Source: Bacteroidota bacterium (GTDB lineage: Bacteria > Bacteroidota > Bacteroidia > UKL13-3). From it: 64,000 nt of DNA. The translations under genes and the position numbers were made by a program. Shown in pieces: positions 41,905 to 52,335 of this stretch. How positions within the stretch are numbered: the first letter of the stretch is position 1; every line of letters begins with the position of its first letter. The stretch is from contig CANHGM010000002.1 in assembly GCA_947460345.1 (NCBI GenBank), forward strand, positions 113,504 through 177,503. Reading direction: 5' to 3'. The notes below the pieces were generated by a model, which saw only the letters and a list, made by a program, of their open reading frames with translations, did not search any database and had not been told where the DNA came from.

Positions 41905-42822
41905 TTATTTAACAATATATCCTATATTCACAAGTCCATTTATTTGTTGAATAGTTTGAGAAGTATATGTATTAAATGTATATGGTTGTTTTAAAGTAGC
42001 TGAAACAAAAAACGAATTGATAAACCAATCAATACCAATATTGAAAGAGGCTGTCTTAGAGCCAGATTGCAAGTTAGTTATGCTGTATGATTTATCTTTT
42101 TGTACAGAGATATATTCTAAACTGATATGGGGTAACACATAATTACTACATCCTTTTCTTGTTTGATAATATAATTGTATTTGAGAGCTCAAAACATTGC
42201 CCATTTGAAAGTCGAGTTCGTTTTTAAAATTCATCATATATTGTGTAACAGAGTTTAGAATGAATTTGTCCTTTTTATAAGTTAGTTGATTATTCAAATA
42301 CACAGCATAGGCTCCATTTCCAGTTTGCAGACCTACGGGATACATGGTTTTATCAATATTTCGTTGTTGGTATTTACCCGTGTTCAATTTCAAACCCGTA
42401 CCAATCCACCACATTAATTTTTGACTTGACGAATCGTTGATTTTAATTGCAGAATAATTTACAAAAATATTGGCATCCCCTAAGCCATTTATTATATTGC
42501 TTGTGTTGCTTTGTTCTCTTATGATGTTTTTATATGGCAGTGTTAAAATGGTTTGTATACGCTTGTTTGGATAATACCTAAACCATGCGTCGTAGCTGTA
42601 GTAATGGTCTTTTAGAACTCTTTCGTTGCCGATATAATTGTCAGGAGTATTTGGATGTTTAAACGAATTATATGAGAACCTGAACCCATATATATTTTTA
42701 TTGAATTGTGGTAGAATTCCATTGATATTAGAACCTGCTATTCCACAACCACATATATCACAAGCTGAAATATTGATACTAAAGAAACTTATATATATTA
42801 GTATTAGAATTTTTATTTTCAT
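41905..42822 (-). CDS. Outer-membrane beta-barrel/transporter-like protein with N-terminal CxxCGC
   Basis: Signal peptide ending ACDICGC; GLGD and G.KL.TG...Q.G.G motifs of MetA-like barrel families. Confidence 0.65.
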   Translation of the reverse strand: MKIKILILIYISFFSINISACDICGCGIAGSNINGILPQFNKNIYGFRFSYNSFKHPNTPDNYIGNERVLKDHYYSYDAWFRYYPNKRIQTILTLPYKNIIREQSNTSNIINGLGDANIFVNYSAIKINDSSSQKLMWWIGTGLKLNTGKYQQRNIDKTMYPVGLQTGNGAYAVYLNNQLTYKKDKFILNSVTQYMMNFKNELDFQMGNVLSSQIQLYYQTRKGCSNYVLPHISLEYISVQKDKSYSITNLQSGSKTASFNIGIDWFINSFFVSATLKQPYTFNTYTSQTIQQINGLVNIGYIVK

Positions 42823-43850
42823 GGTTTGTTGTAAATTTTATTTTGAATAAACTCAAAGTCAGTTAAGGTGTTTAAAAACGCTTGTAACTCTTGTTTTTCC
42901 TTGGCATTTAATTGGATTTTTTTTCTGAGTCTCGTATCTAAGTTAGGTACTTGTAGAATATTCTCTGAGTAGTGTTCGATAACTTTTTCTAAAGTACTAA
43001 ATCTACCATCATGCATATATGGAAACGTTAATGCAATATTTCTTAAACTTGGTATTTTAAATTTGCCTTCATCATTGGGGTCTAAAGTTATTAAATATCT
43101 TCCTTTGTCTGCGTATATACTATCAATTCCGTTATTGGCAAATTCAAAATTGCTAAATAGTGGCTCAGTGTGGCATTGTTGACAATGTTTTTTAAATAAC
43201 ATATATCCATTATTCTCTTCACTAGAATATAAAGTTTTAACTTGTCTAACTTTGTCGTATTTAGAACTGAAAGATTGAAGATTGCCAATAAACTGAGCTA
43301 AGGCATAAAAAAGTTTCTGGTCATTTATACTATCAATTTTGAAAGTAGTTTTAAACTTTTCTCTATATGTTTTGTTCCTATTTAGTTTTTCTATCACATG
43401 CATCATGTTTTCATTCATTTCAAGATGGTTGGTAATAGGTGCTAAAGGCATAGTCTCTATGTGATTTATACCACCATCCCACATAAAACTTGAATTCCAT
43501 GATAAGTTAAATAAAGCTGGTGAATTTCTTTTGCCAATTAAATTGTTAACGCCTTTGCTAAATGCTAAATTTTGATCAGCAAAAGCATGAGATTGGAAAT
43601 GACAACTTGCACATGATATGCTGCTATCAGATGATAAAATTGGGTCATAAAACAACAGCTTGCCTAACTCAAACCCATTTTGTGTAAGTGGATTGTTTGT
43701 GAATTCGTATATAGGTTTTGGAATATAGCTAGGCGTCTCAAACTTGAAGGTGTTATCTGACGGAATTGTCGTTTCATCTTTATTGCATGAAAATATAACC
43801 AATGAAAGGAATAGAAGAACTATTCCTTTCATTGATACATATCTATACAT
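42819..43850 (-). CDS. Di-heme cytochrome c peroxidase family (MauG/MbnH-like) lipoprotein
   Basis: CASCH and CQQCH heme motifs, LG..LFYDP.LS, FMWDG and FKIPSLRNI...PYMHDG. Start at ATG 43850 or 43832. Confidence 0.9.
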   Translation of the reverse strand: MYRYVSMKGIVLLFLSLVIFSCNKDETTIPSDNTFKFETPSYIPKPIYEFTNNPLTQNGFELGKLLFYDPILSSDSSISCASCHFQSHAFADQNLAFSKGVNNLIGKRNSPALFNLSWNSSFMWDGGINHIETMPLAPITNHLEMNENMMHVIEKLNRNKTYREKFKTTFKIDSINDQKLFYALAQFIGNLQSFSSKYDKVRQVKTLYSSEENNGYMLFKKHCQQCHTEPLFSNFEFANNGIDSIYADKGRYLITLDPNDEGKFKIPSLRNIALTFPYMHDGRFSTLEKVIEHYSENILQVPNLDTRLRKKIQLNAKEKQELQAFLNTLTDFEFIQNKIYNKP

Positions 43851-43854
43851 AATT

Positions 43855-44637
43855 TTATGGATGCAAATGCTCAAAATTAAAGCTGTTATAAAAGTCTGTT
43901 GCAGCCTGTTTAGCATCAGCTCCAGGCATCATAATTTTACTTTTGGTAGTAACACCTTCAATTGTATGCCATAATTTGGCAGGATTAGCAGACATATGTA
44001 TTTGAGGTGTAGCACTTGGATTTACATTTAAAGTTGCTCCACCAAAATTTGTCGATTTTTCAGTTACCACATTATTAGCACCTTTAAATCCTCCCAAATG
44101 CAAAGCAAAATCTCCAGTGCTTGAATTTGGTGATTTGCCTTCTGCTTTTATCATGATATAGCCACTATTCCAAGACCAAAACATATTGTTTGTAGTTGAT
44201 AATGCACCTGTTTGTGCACCAGAAACATTTCTCAAACTATCTACACCCAATGTGTATTTCATTTCGGTATATGTAGCAGTTGGGACATTGTTAACAGTTA
44301 ATATAAGACTTGTAGGGTTTGATACGTCTACTAAAAAATAGCTTTCAGGTTGAGACCACCAAGTTCCATCTGATTTTTTAAACTTAATATTGCTCACATA
44401 ATATTTAAATGTTGTAAAAAACATTTTCTCATTTTTCATAGGGTGTAATAAAGTATCATTTAATTTAAACTCAGCACCACTCATTGCCCAAAGGTGCTCA
44501 AATTCAACTTTTACCGAACCAAAAGTCGCACTATTGTTATTGTTATTATTGTTATTATCTGGGTCTTTTTTGCAAGAATTTAAACTTGTCATTAAAACCA
44601 TAGCATATATAAATGCGATATATAATTTATTGTTCAT
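43855..44637 (-). CDS. MbnP-family lipoprotein
   Basis: Lipobox LNSC, KYYVSNI, LGVD, MFWSWNSGY (WxW motif) and HLGG; adjacent to the di-heme peroxidase. Confidence 0.85.
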   Translation of the reverse strand: MNNKLYIAFIYAMVLMTSLNSCKKDPDNNNNNNNNSATFGSVKVEFEHLWAMSGAEFKLNDTLLHPMKNEKMFFTTFKYYVSNIKFKKSDGTWWSQPESYFLVDVSNPTSLILTVNNVPTATYTEMKYTLGVDSLRNVSGAQTGALSTTNNMFWSWNSGYIMIKAEGKSPNSSTGDFALHLGGFKGANNVVTEKSTNFGGATLNVNPSATPQIHMSANPAKLWHTIEGVTTKSKIMMPGADAKQAATDFYNSFNFEHLHP

Positions 44638-44876
44638 TGTTGTTTTTTTTGTAAATTATTAAAATATTTTTATATAATAAATACCATCAATAAATAGTAC
44701 TTATATTCCAATCACTTATTTATAAAATCAACTGTTTTTAGTGAAAATATTTATAAATGAAAGGTTTTAACATATATTTTTTTAGACATATATGTTAGCA
44801 TCATTCAACACAAAGCATGTTAAAAATGATGAATTAAAAAATTCAATAGCATAATTCTATTGATAAAAAAACAAAA

Positions 44877-45248
44877 TTATTGAGGTGGTTTGAAAATGTC
44901 TTCTACAAATGTGGGTAATAGTATATTTTGATTGTTCAACACTTTAGAAATTGTTGAAGATATTTGAAGAAGGTCGAAATGGTATTGTGGTATTTTTTGA
45001 AAAAATAATATATCTATAGGTAATTTCAAAATAGAAGGTAACTGTTTAGGTGTTTCTTCTTCATCTTGTTCAAGTTGTTTTTTTAGATGGCAGCAACCTT
45101 GACAAGTATTGTTTTCAATATTTCTTTTGATACATAAATTCTTAGCTATCTCAGCTTGGTTAATTTTAAAAGAAACATATATCCATACTTTGCTAAATTG
45201 TTGTGTGAAAACAAGCAGAACTAACCATATGGTGACAACCTTTTTCAA
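44877..45248 (-). CDS. Small Cys-rich exported protein ending in FKPP (DUF2946-like analogue)
   Basis: N-terminal hydrophobic segment, IAKNLC.....CQGCCHL and C-terminal IFKPPQ. -7 element TATCTTTG at 45293-45300 (minus strand). Confidence 0.7.
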   Translation of the reverse strand: MKKVVTIWLVLLVFTQQFSKVWIYVSFKINQAEIAKNLCIKRNIENNTCQGCCHLKKQLEQDEEETPKQLPSILKLPIDILFFQKIPQYHFDLLQISSTISKVLNNQNILLPTFVEDIFKPPQ

Positions 45249-45429
45249 ATTTCAAATTCTTCTTTTTATAGCAATGTATATCTAATCAAGGGCAAAGATA
45301 TGAATTTATATAGTTTAAATTTATGATTCTGGTCACTTTTTTAATTAAAACATTTTAACAATAAAATTACTGTTTAATTAATTTCCTTTTCTCCCTACTT
45401 TTGTGGCTCAAAAATCAAAATTAAATCAA

Positions 45430-46542
45430 ATGATTATAGGCGTTCCTAAAGAAATTAAAAACAACGAAAATAGAGTTGCAGTTACTCCAGCTGGAGTTTC
45501 AGAATTTGTAAAAAATGGACATACAGTGTATGTGCAAGCTACTGCAGGTTTAGGCAGTGGTTTCAGCGACGAAGAATATATAGGAGCTGGAGCTAAAATG
45601 TTACCAACTATTGAAGAAACTTATACAATCGCAGATATGATTGTGAAAGTTAAAGAGCCTATCGAAAGCGAATATAAATTAATTAAAAAAGGTCAACTGT
45701 TGTTTACTTATTTTCACTTTGCTAGTTATGAGCCACTTACTCATGCTATGATAGCTAGTGGAGCTACTTGTCTTGCATATGAGACTGTAGAAAGAGATCG
45801 TAAATTGCCTCTTCTTATTCCTATGAGTGAGGTAGCTGGTAGAATGAGTGTACAAGAAGGTGCTAAATATCTTGAAAAACCAATGGGTGGACGTGGTATT
45901 TTACTTGGAGGTGTTCCGGGTGTGAAGCCAGCTGAAGTAGTAGTCTTAGGTGGTGGTATTGTGGGTACTCAAGCAGCATACATGGCTGCTGGTTTAGGAG
46001 CAAGAGTTACTATTATGGATATTTCATTGCCTCGTTTACGTGAATTAGATGATATAATGCCTGCTAACGTAGTAACTGAATATAGCAACGAGTACAATAT
46101 TCGCAATGCCATAAAAACAGCAGACTTAGTTATTGGTGGTGTTTTAATTCCAGGTGCTAAAGCTCCACATTTAATAACAAAAGCTATGTTGCCATCCATG
46201 AAGAAAGGTTCTGTAATAGTTGACGTTGCAATTGACCAAGGTGGTTGTTTCGAAACTTCTAAACCAACTACACATGCCGACCCCATTTATGTTATAGATG
46301 ATGTAGTTCATTACTGTGTAGCCAATATGCCAGGTGCTGTTCCTTATACGTCTACACTTGCATTAACCAATGCTACATTGCCATATGCTATTCAACTCGC
46401 TAACAAAGGTTGGAAAGTAGCTTGTAGTCAAATGCCCGACTTGAAATTAGGATTGAATATAATTGATGGTCAAATTGTATACAAAGGGGTATCTGATGCA
46501 TTTAATATGCCTTTAAAAAACGTAGACGATTTTTTAGCATAA
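45430..46542 (+). CDS. ald: Alanine dehydrogenase
   Basis: IGVPKEIK..ENRV, VKVKEP, PMSEVAGR, DVAIDQGG and HYCVANMPG. The -7 element at 45396-45403 favours ATG 45430. Confidence 0.98.
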   Translation: MIIGVPKEIKNNENRVAVTPAGVSEFVKNGHTVYVQATAGLGSGFSDEEYIGAGAKMLPTIEETYTIADMIVKVKEPIESEYKLIKKGQLLFTYFHFASYEPLTHAMIASGATCLAYETVERDRKLPLLIPMSEVAGRMSVQEGAKYLEKPMGGRGILLGGVPGVKPAEVVVLGGGIVGTQAAYMAAGLGARVTIMDISLPRLRELDDIMPANVVTEYSNEYNIRNAIKTADLVIGGVLIPGAKAPHLITKAMLPSMKKGSVIVDVAIDQGGCFETSKPTTHADPIYVIDDVVHYCVANMPGAVPYTSTLALTNATLPYAIQLANKGWKVACSQMPDLKLGLNIIDGQIVYKGVSDAFNMPLKNVDDFLA

Positions 46543-46560
46543 TCATAAATTTATAATAAC

Positions 46561-46600
46561 AAACCCCTTTGTTTAATAGCCAATTACAAAGGGGTTTTTT
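46561..46600 (+). terminator. Intrinsic terminator after ald
   Basis: AAACCCCTTTGT...ACAAAGGGGTTT followed by a T tract. Confidence 0.85.
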
Positions 46601-46617
46601 ATTTCCATTTTTTAAGG

Positions 46618-46649
46618 TTTGCATACCTCGATTGATAGGCTTATATTTG
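46618..46649 (+). promoter_or_regulatory. Primary-sigma promoter for secDF
   Basis: TTTG (46618-46621), 20-bp spacer, TATATTTG (46642-46649). Confidence 0.7.
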
Positions 46650-46735
46650 CCCCCTCTTAAAAAAAAGAGTTAGTTTAATTATTATTTAAATCTAAAAATC
46701 AACATATTACAAAAAGAACTCGACATTAATCAGAT

Positions 46736-49609
46736 ATGAAAAATAAAGGTGCCATTAGGCTTTTTGCCATTTTACTCGCTGTTGTTTGTTTAATACAGCT
46801 CTCTTTTACTCTTATTACTTATTTAACAGAACAAGATGCAATTGATTTTGCTTCAAAAGGTAAAACAGTTGAAGAAAAGAAAAAACTTGAAAAAGAGTTT
46901 ATTGACTCTGTTAAAAACGAAGAAGCATATCCTATATTAGGGTTTACTTATAAAGAGTGTAAAGACCGTGAGATCAACTTAGGTCTTGACTTAAAAGGAG
47001 GAATGAACGTAACTCTAGAAGTTTCTATTCCTGAGTTAATTCAAAACTTATCTAAAAACAACCAAACACCATCTTTCTTAAACGCCTTGAAAGCTGCTAC
47101 TTTAGCCGCTGAAAACAGTCAAGAAGATTATGTTACTTTGTTTGAAAGAGCTTTTAAACAAGGTTCACCTAATGATAAATTGGCTGCTATTTTTGCTAAT
47201 AGCGATAACAAAGACGTTAAACCAACTTCAACTAACGAAGAAGTTATTGTATTTGTTCGTAAAGAAGCCCAACAAGCTATTGATCGTTCATTTCAAATAT
47301 TACGTTCTCGTATAGACAAATTTGGAACTTCTCAACCTAAAATTCAGAAATTAGGTAGCAGTGGTCGTATATTAGTAGAATTGCCTGGTGTTGATGATCC
47401 AGCTCGTGTTCGTAAATTATTACAAGGTACTGCAAAACTAGAATTCTTCCAATGCTACGAAAACAAAGAGTTTAAAGACTACTTTGATAAAATGAACGTG
47501 TTTTTAAGAAACAACAACGCCAGTTCAACTGACACTACTTTATCTAAAGACACTTCAAGCAATGCTGTAAAAGCTAAGCAATTCTATGATTCTTTACCAC
47601 TTTTCCGTTACTTACAACCAAATGCAAGTGATAAAGGCGAGTTAGGCAAAGGACCAATTATTGGTTATACTACAATCAAAGATTCATCAAGATTAAATTC
47701 ATACTTTAATGCTGTAAAAGCTGCAGGTGTTGTTCCTGCTGATATGGCATTTATGTACGATGCTAAAACACTTAAAAATTCTCCTTCAGTAATTCAAATC
47801 TATGCTATCAAAACAGGTAGAGATGGAAAAGCTTTATTAACAGGCGAAAAAGTAATTGATGCCTATAAAGACTTAAACCAAACTGGTGCAATTGAAGTGG
47901 GAATGACAATGAACCCTGAAGGTGCTAAAGAATGGGCTAGAATTACTGCAGCTAATATTGGAAAGTGTATAGCTATTGTGCTAGATAATGTGGTATATAC
48001 TGCACCAGTTATTAATAATGAAATCACAGGAGGTCGTTCTTCTATATCAGGTAGCTTTGACCAAAACGAAGCAGCTGACTTAGCAAATATTTTAAAAGCA
48101 GGTAAACTTCCAGCTCCAGCTCGTATTGTTGAAGAAGCAGTAGTTGGTCCAACTTTAGGTGCTGATAATATCACATCTGGACTTTTATCTTTTGTTATAG
48201 CATTAGCTTTAATCTTAGTATTTATGGTATTCTATTACAGCAATGCAGGTTTGGTTGCCAATATTGCATTATTCTGTAACGTATTCTTCATCATGGGAGT
48301 ACTAGCGTCATTAAACGCGGTATTGACTATGGCTGGTATTGCAGGTATCGTTCTTACCATTGGTTTATCAGTAGATGCTAACATTTTAATATTTGAAAGA
48401 ATAAGAGAAGAACTACACTCAGGTAAGTCTAAAACTTTGGCTATCAGAGATGGTTATAAAGGGGCAATGAGTTCTATTTTAGATTCTAACTTTACGACTT
48501 TATTATTAGGAATAATTTTATATATTTTTGGAACTGGTCCCGTACAAGGATTTGCTACTACACTTATCATTGGTATTCTTACTTCTCTTTTCTCTGCTAT
48601 CTTTATCACTCGTTTAATATTCGAACGTTGGATTGATCAAAATAAAGACATCAGATTTTGGACTCCTTCTACTGAAAATATGTTCAAAAAAATCAATTTT
48701 GACTGGGTTGGGAACAGAAAAAAATACTATATTTTCTCTAGCGTTATTATAGCTTGTGGTATTGCATCATATGCTATCAAAGGTTTTAATTATGGAGTAA
48801 GTTTTGAAGGTGGAAGAAGCTATACTATTGAGTTTAGCCAATCAATAGGGAATAATGAAATTCGTGATGGTTTGAAACCTTTCTTTAATAACGAAGCACC
48901 TGAAGTAAAAACTTTTGGTACTGACAATCAAAAGAAAATCACGACTACTTATTTAATCAAAAGTCAAGATTTGAAAGCAGATTCAGTTGCTGAATATCAA
49001 TTAGAACAAGGTTTAAATAAATTAGCTCCCCAAGGATATAAGTTGGTGCGTCAACAAAAAGTTGGTCCAACTATAGCTGATGATATCAAACAAAATGCTG
49101 TATTCTCTATATTATTTGCTTGTTTGCTTATGTTCTTGTTCATCTTAATCAGATTTAATAAATGGCAATATGGTTTGGGAGCAACAGCTGCATTGTTGCA
49201 TGACGTGTTGATTATTCTTTCTTTCTTTACAATTTTAAAAGGAATTGTGCCATTCTCATTAGAAATAGATGAAGACTTTATTGCAGCGATACTTACAGTT
49301 ATGGGATACTCTATGACTGATACTGTGGTGGTATTTGATAGAATTCGTGAATTCTTAACTCACCACAAAAAGAAAGACCTTGAAGGAGCTGAAAGAATTA
49401 CAGTTATCAATACCGCATTAAACAATACATTAAGTCGTACCTTAATTACTTCATTAACCATATTTATGGTTATCTTATCAATCTTTATATTTGGTGGTGA
49501 AACCATTCGTGGATTCTCTTTCTCATTGTTGATTGGTATCGTTATCGGTACATATTCTTCAATTTGTATTGCTACTCCAATTGTGGTAGACTTTGACAAA
49601 GAAAAATAA
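46736..49609 (+). CDS. secDF: Protein translocase subunit SecDF (fused)
   Basis: LGLDLKGG, RILVELPG, VGPTLG, VDANILIFERIREE and GYS..DT.VVFDRIRE. Confidence 0.97.
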   Translation: MKNKGAIRLFAILLAVVCLIQLSFTLITYLTEQDAIDFASKGKTVEEKKKLEKEFIDSVKNEEAYPILGFTYKECKDREINLGLDLKGGMNVTLEVSIPELIQNLSKNNQTPSFLNALKAATLAAENSQEDYVTLFERAFKQGSPNDKLAAIFANSDNKDVKPTSTNEEVIVFVRKEAQQAIDRSFQILRSRIDKFGTSQPKIQKLGSSGRILVELPGVDDPARVRKLLQGTAKLEFFQCYENKEFKDYFDKMNVFLRNNNASSTDTTLSKDTSSNAVKAKQFYDSLPLFRYLQPNASDKGELGKGPIIGYTTIKDSSRLNSYFNAVKAAGVVPADMAFMYDAKTLKNSPSVIQIYAIKTGRDGKALLTGEKVIDAYKDLNQTGAIEVGMTMNPEGAKEWARITAANIGKCIAIVLDNVVYTAPVINNEITGGRSSISGSFDQNEAADLANILKAGKLPAPARIVEEAVVGPTLGADNITSGLLSFVIALALILVFMVFYYSNAGLVANIALFCNVFFIMGVLASLNAVLTMAGIAGIVLTIGLSVDANILIFERIREELHSGKSKTLAIRDGYKGAMSSILDSNFTTLLLGIILYIFGTGPVQGFATTLIIGILTSLFSAIFITRLIFERWIDQNKDIRFWTPSTENMFKKINFDWVGNRKKYYIFSSVIIACGIASYAIKGFNYGVSFEGGRSYTIEFSQSIGNNEIRDGLKPFFNNEAPEVKTFGTDNQKKITTTYLIKSQDLKADSVAEYQLEQGLNKLAPQGYKLVRQQKVGPTIADDIKQNAVFSILFACLLMFLFILIRFNKWQYGLGATAALLHDVLIILSFFTILKGIVPFSLEIDEDFIAAILTVMGYSMTDTVVVFDRIREFLTHHKKKDLEGAERITVINTALNNTLSRTLITSLTIFMVILSIFIFGGETIRGFSFSLLIGIVIGTYSSICIATPIVVDFDKEK

Positions 49610-49628
49610 TTTCAATTTTAAATTATAT

Positions 49629-49659
49629 AAAAAACCCGTCAAAAATGGCGGGTTTTTTT
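49629..49659 (+). terminator. Intrinsic terminator after secDF
   Basis: AAAAAACCCGTCA-AAAA-TGGCGGGTTTTTT. Confidence 0.85.
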
Positions 49660-49696
49660 ATGAATCATTTAATCTCATATATACCAGTACTAATTA

Positions 49697-50566
49697 ATGT
49701 TATACTTAATTGTTTGCATATTGGCTTCGGCAGGAATGACTTTATTGTTTAAAGTATTCGAACTCAAAAAAATCAATAACCTTCAAGCTATTTTAGCCAA
49801 TTATTTAACTGCTTCTTTTTGTTGTAATATGGCTTGTAAAGAAGGTCCAGTTATACTTACAAATTTTTGGCAAAATGATTGGTTTGTTTTCTCAGTTTTT
49901 TTAGGTGTTTTTTTTATAGTTGTTTTTTATGCTATGGCTATGACAGCTCAAAAAGTAGCTGTATCGGTAAGTATAGTAGCTAGTAAAATGTCGTTAGTTA
50001 TAACATTGTTTTTCCTTTATATATATTATCAAGAAGCTATGAATATTTATAAATGGTTATCCATAGGAGGGGCTTTGTTTGCTGTTTACCTCACTACTAA
50101 GCGTGAAGAAAAAACAAAACTCTCTGGTCATTGGGCATATATATATCCATTAATGGTTTTCATTGGAAGTGGTATTGTGGATTCGTCTTTGAAATATTTA
50201 GAAATTACATTTTTTAAAACAGCTGACGTGAACGCTCCGTTAGGTATGATATTCTTTTTTGCAGGGATTTCCGGTTTAGTGGTATATCTTCTTAATCAAA
50301 CGAAAGAACGCAATCCTATTCAATTAAAATCAATCATTGGCGGAATATGTTTGGGCTTGCTTAACTATATATCAACATACACATTGCTAAAAACTTTAAG
50401 TGATAAAATCTTAACTGATTCAGTTATTTTTCCAATTATAAATATTGGTGTGGTTATAGTTGCCTCGGTTGTAGCTATGGTTTTTTTTAAGGAGCATTTA
50501 AGTAAAAAAAACTTTGTTGGAATAGCTTTAGCAGTTTTAAGTATTTTTATTTTAGCCATAAGTTAA
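49697..50566 (+). CDS. EamA/DMT-family transporter
   Basis: About 10 TM helices, duplicated halves, and FKE.LS..N..G near the C-terminus. Confidence 0.8.
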   Translation: MLYLIVCILASAGMTLLFKVFELKKINNLQAILANYLTASFCCNMACKEGPVILTNFWQNDWFVFSVFLGVFFIVVFYAMAMTAQKVAVSVSIVASKMSLVITLFFLYIYYQEAMNIYKWLSIGGALFAVYLTTKREEKTKLSGHWAYIYPLMVFIGSGIVDSSLKYLEITFFKTADVNAPLGMIFFFAGISGLVVYLLNQTKERNPIQLKSIIGGICLGLLNYISTYTLLKTLSDKILTDSVIFPIINIGVVIVASVVAMVFFKEHLSKKNFVGIALAVLSIFILAIS

Positions 50567-50571
50567 TTGAT

Positions 50572-51180
50572 ATGTTTTTTGGTGATACATATAAAACAAT
50601 AAAGATTGCTACAGAGAGTCAGCTTAGAGAAAAAGCCAGCAAGTTTTTTGGCTTTGCATATCCAATTAAAAATGAACAAGAAGCCAAAGAAATAATACAG
50701 TCACTAAAAAAAAAGTATCCCGATGCTTCACATCATTGTTATGCATATATACTTGGTTTAAATAAAGATATATTTAGAGCCAATGATGATGGTGAACCAG
50801 CAAATACAGCCGGCAAGCCAATTCATAGAGCTATTCAATCATTAGGTGTTACTGATGTGTTAGTGGTTGTTGTGAGATATTTTGGAGGCACGCTTTTAGG
50901 AGTACCAGGGTTAATTAATGCATATGGTAATAGTGCCAAACAAACTCTTGAAATGGCTGAAATAGTTGACAAGACAGTTGAAGAAACATATGAAGTGAAT
51001 TGTACTTACGAACAAGAGAATGAGGTTTTTAAAATATTAAAACAACACGAGGCTGTAATGGTTGGAATAGAAAAGACATCTGAAGTTAAAATAACATTTA
51101 CTGTTAGAAAATCAGCAGCAAATGATATATATGAAAAAGTTATAAAAAATACAAATGCTAAAATTGCATTTATAAAGTGA
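50572..51180 (+). CDS. YigZ/IMPACT-family protein
   Basis: SKF, ASHHCYAY, DDGEP..TAG and VRYFGGTLLG. Confidence 0.92.
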   Translation: MFFGDTYKTIKIATESQLREKASKFFGFAYPIKNEQEAKEIIQSLKKKYPDASHHCYAYILGLNKDIFRANDDGEPANTAGKPIHRAIQSLGVTDVLVVVVRYFGGTLLGVPGLINAYGNSAKQTLEMAEIVDKTVEETYEVNCTYEQENEVFKILKQHEAVMVGIEKTSEVKITFTVRKSAANDIYEKVIKNTNAKIAFIK

Positions 51181-52333
51181 TTCCAGTTTTTAATCCAACA
51201 AAATATAGGTGTTCTTTGGCAGGATATGCTTTGATATATGTAGATGTAATTTGATATCTAAGCTCTATTCCTGTGTTAAATTGGGTACCAAGAAACTGAT
51301 ATGTAATAGAAGGGGTAGCTTGAATCGTTACATTGATTAGTTTAGTTTTACCATTCCATACAGCATATTCTCTTCCGAGCAAGCCTGCAGATTCTGGTGT
51401 AGATTCATATATTCGTGTTGAAAGCGTTGCTCCTCCATCTAAATTTAATTTATAAGACGAGAATTTTTTGCTAGATCCGATTAAGAAAGGTGTTTCTAAA
51501 TAACAGATTCGGTATGCTGATCTAACTTCTTGCTGATTTGCATCTACCTTATTCATAACACTAGTGGTGTTGTATGTAGTGAATTTATTTTTTATATCAT
51601 AACCACCTATATATACTTGAACGCCTGATTTTAAATAAAATTTGTTTCTCACATATTTAGATCCAGAAATACCAAATAACACACCAGCTATTGCTTGATG
51701 CTGCTTCCAATCAAAACCATCGGTGTTTGTAAAGCTATTGGGGTTGTTTATATTATTAGATACATAATTTAGTTTTCTAAAAGAATAACCCGTTGACGCA
51801 AAAATATTCCAATTAATTGATGAAGGCTTGGCTGTTTTTAATTTTAAAACATGAGGGGATTTAATAGACTGCTTTATAGGTTTTAGAGCAATATCTTTAA
51901 CATGTATTTGAATAGGGTTTATTTCTTCTGTTGGGGTTGTCGGGTTACTGTATAAACTTAAATCTATATTGTTTTGTTTGAAAGAAACAAAAGAATATAA
52001 TTGATATGAAGGTTGTTTTGTTAAAAAGGTGTTCGATGAAAAGTTACTCGTCGAAAAGATGGAAGGAGCTAAATCTATTGAATGTCTTTTGATAAAATTT
52101 GAATGCATATAAGACTTTGGATTGGGTTTGTTTTTATTGGCTAAATGCCACGAAAAATATAATACTGAAACCACTGCACAAAACGCGAAAATATTTTGAT
52201 AACGTTTTGTTTTTTGATATGATTTAATGCCATTAGCAACTACCCCAAATGATGTTTTTCTAGGACTGATATTAAAACTATCAGCACCCGATTTTAAAAT
52301 ACCGTCAAACTCATCTAGGTTCTTTATTGACAT
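51170..52333 (-). CDS. Membrane-anchored protein with C-terminal beta-barrel-like domain (putative ECF anti-sigma/partner)
   Basis: Short N-terminus, TM around aa 47-64, low-complexity linker, then beta-strands (YLETP...) ending GLKTGITL. Lies in the ECF operon. Confidence 0.55.
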   Translation of the reverse strand: MSIKNLDEFDGILKSGADSFNISPRKTSFGVVANGIKSYQKTKRYQNIFAFCAVVSVLYFSWHLANKNKPNPKSYMHSNFIKRHSIDLAPSIFSTSNFSSNTFLTKQPSYQLYSFVSFKQNNIDLSLYSNPTTPTEEINPIQIHVKDIALKPIKQSIKSPHVLKLKTAKPSSINWNIFASTGYSFRKLNYVSNNINNPNSFTNTDGFDWKQHQAIAGVLFGISGSKYVRNKFYLKSGVQVYIGGYDIKNKFTTYNTTSVMNKVDANQQEVRSAYRICYLETPFLIGSSKKFSSYKLNLDGGATLSTRIYESTPESAGLLGREYAVWNGKTKLINVTIQATPSITYQFLGTQFNTGIELRYQITSTYIKAYPAKEHLYFVGLKTGITL

Positions 52334-52335
52334 AC

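Noticed and set aside
44533-44557. Poly-Asn (AAY)n tract in MbnP
   Set aside because: In-frame linker after the lipoprotein Cys; mixed codons; typical tether.
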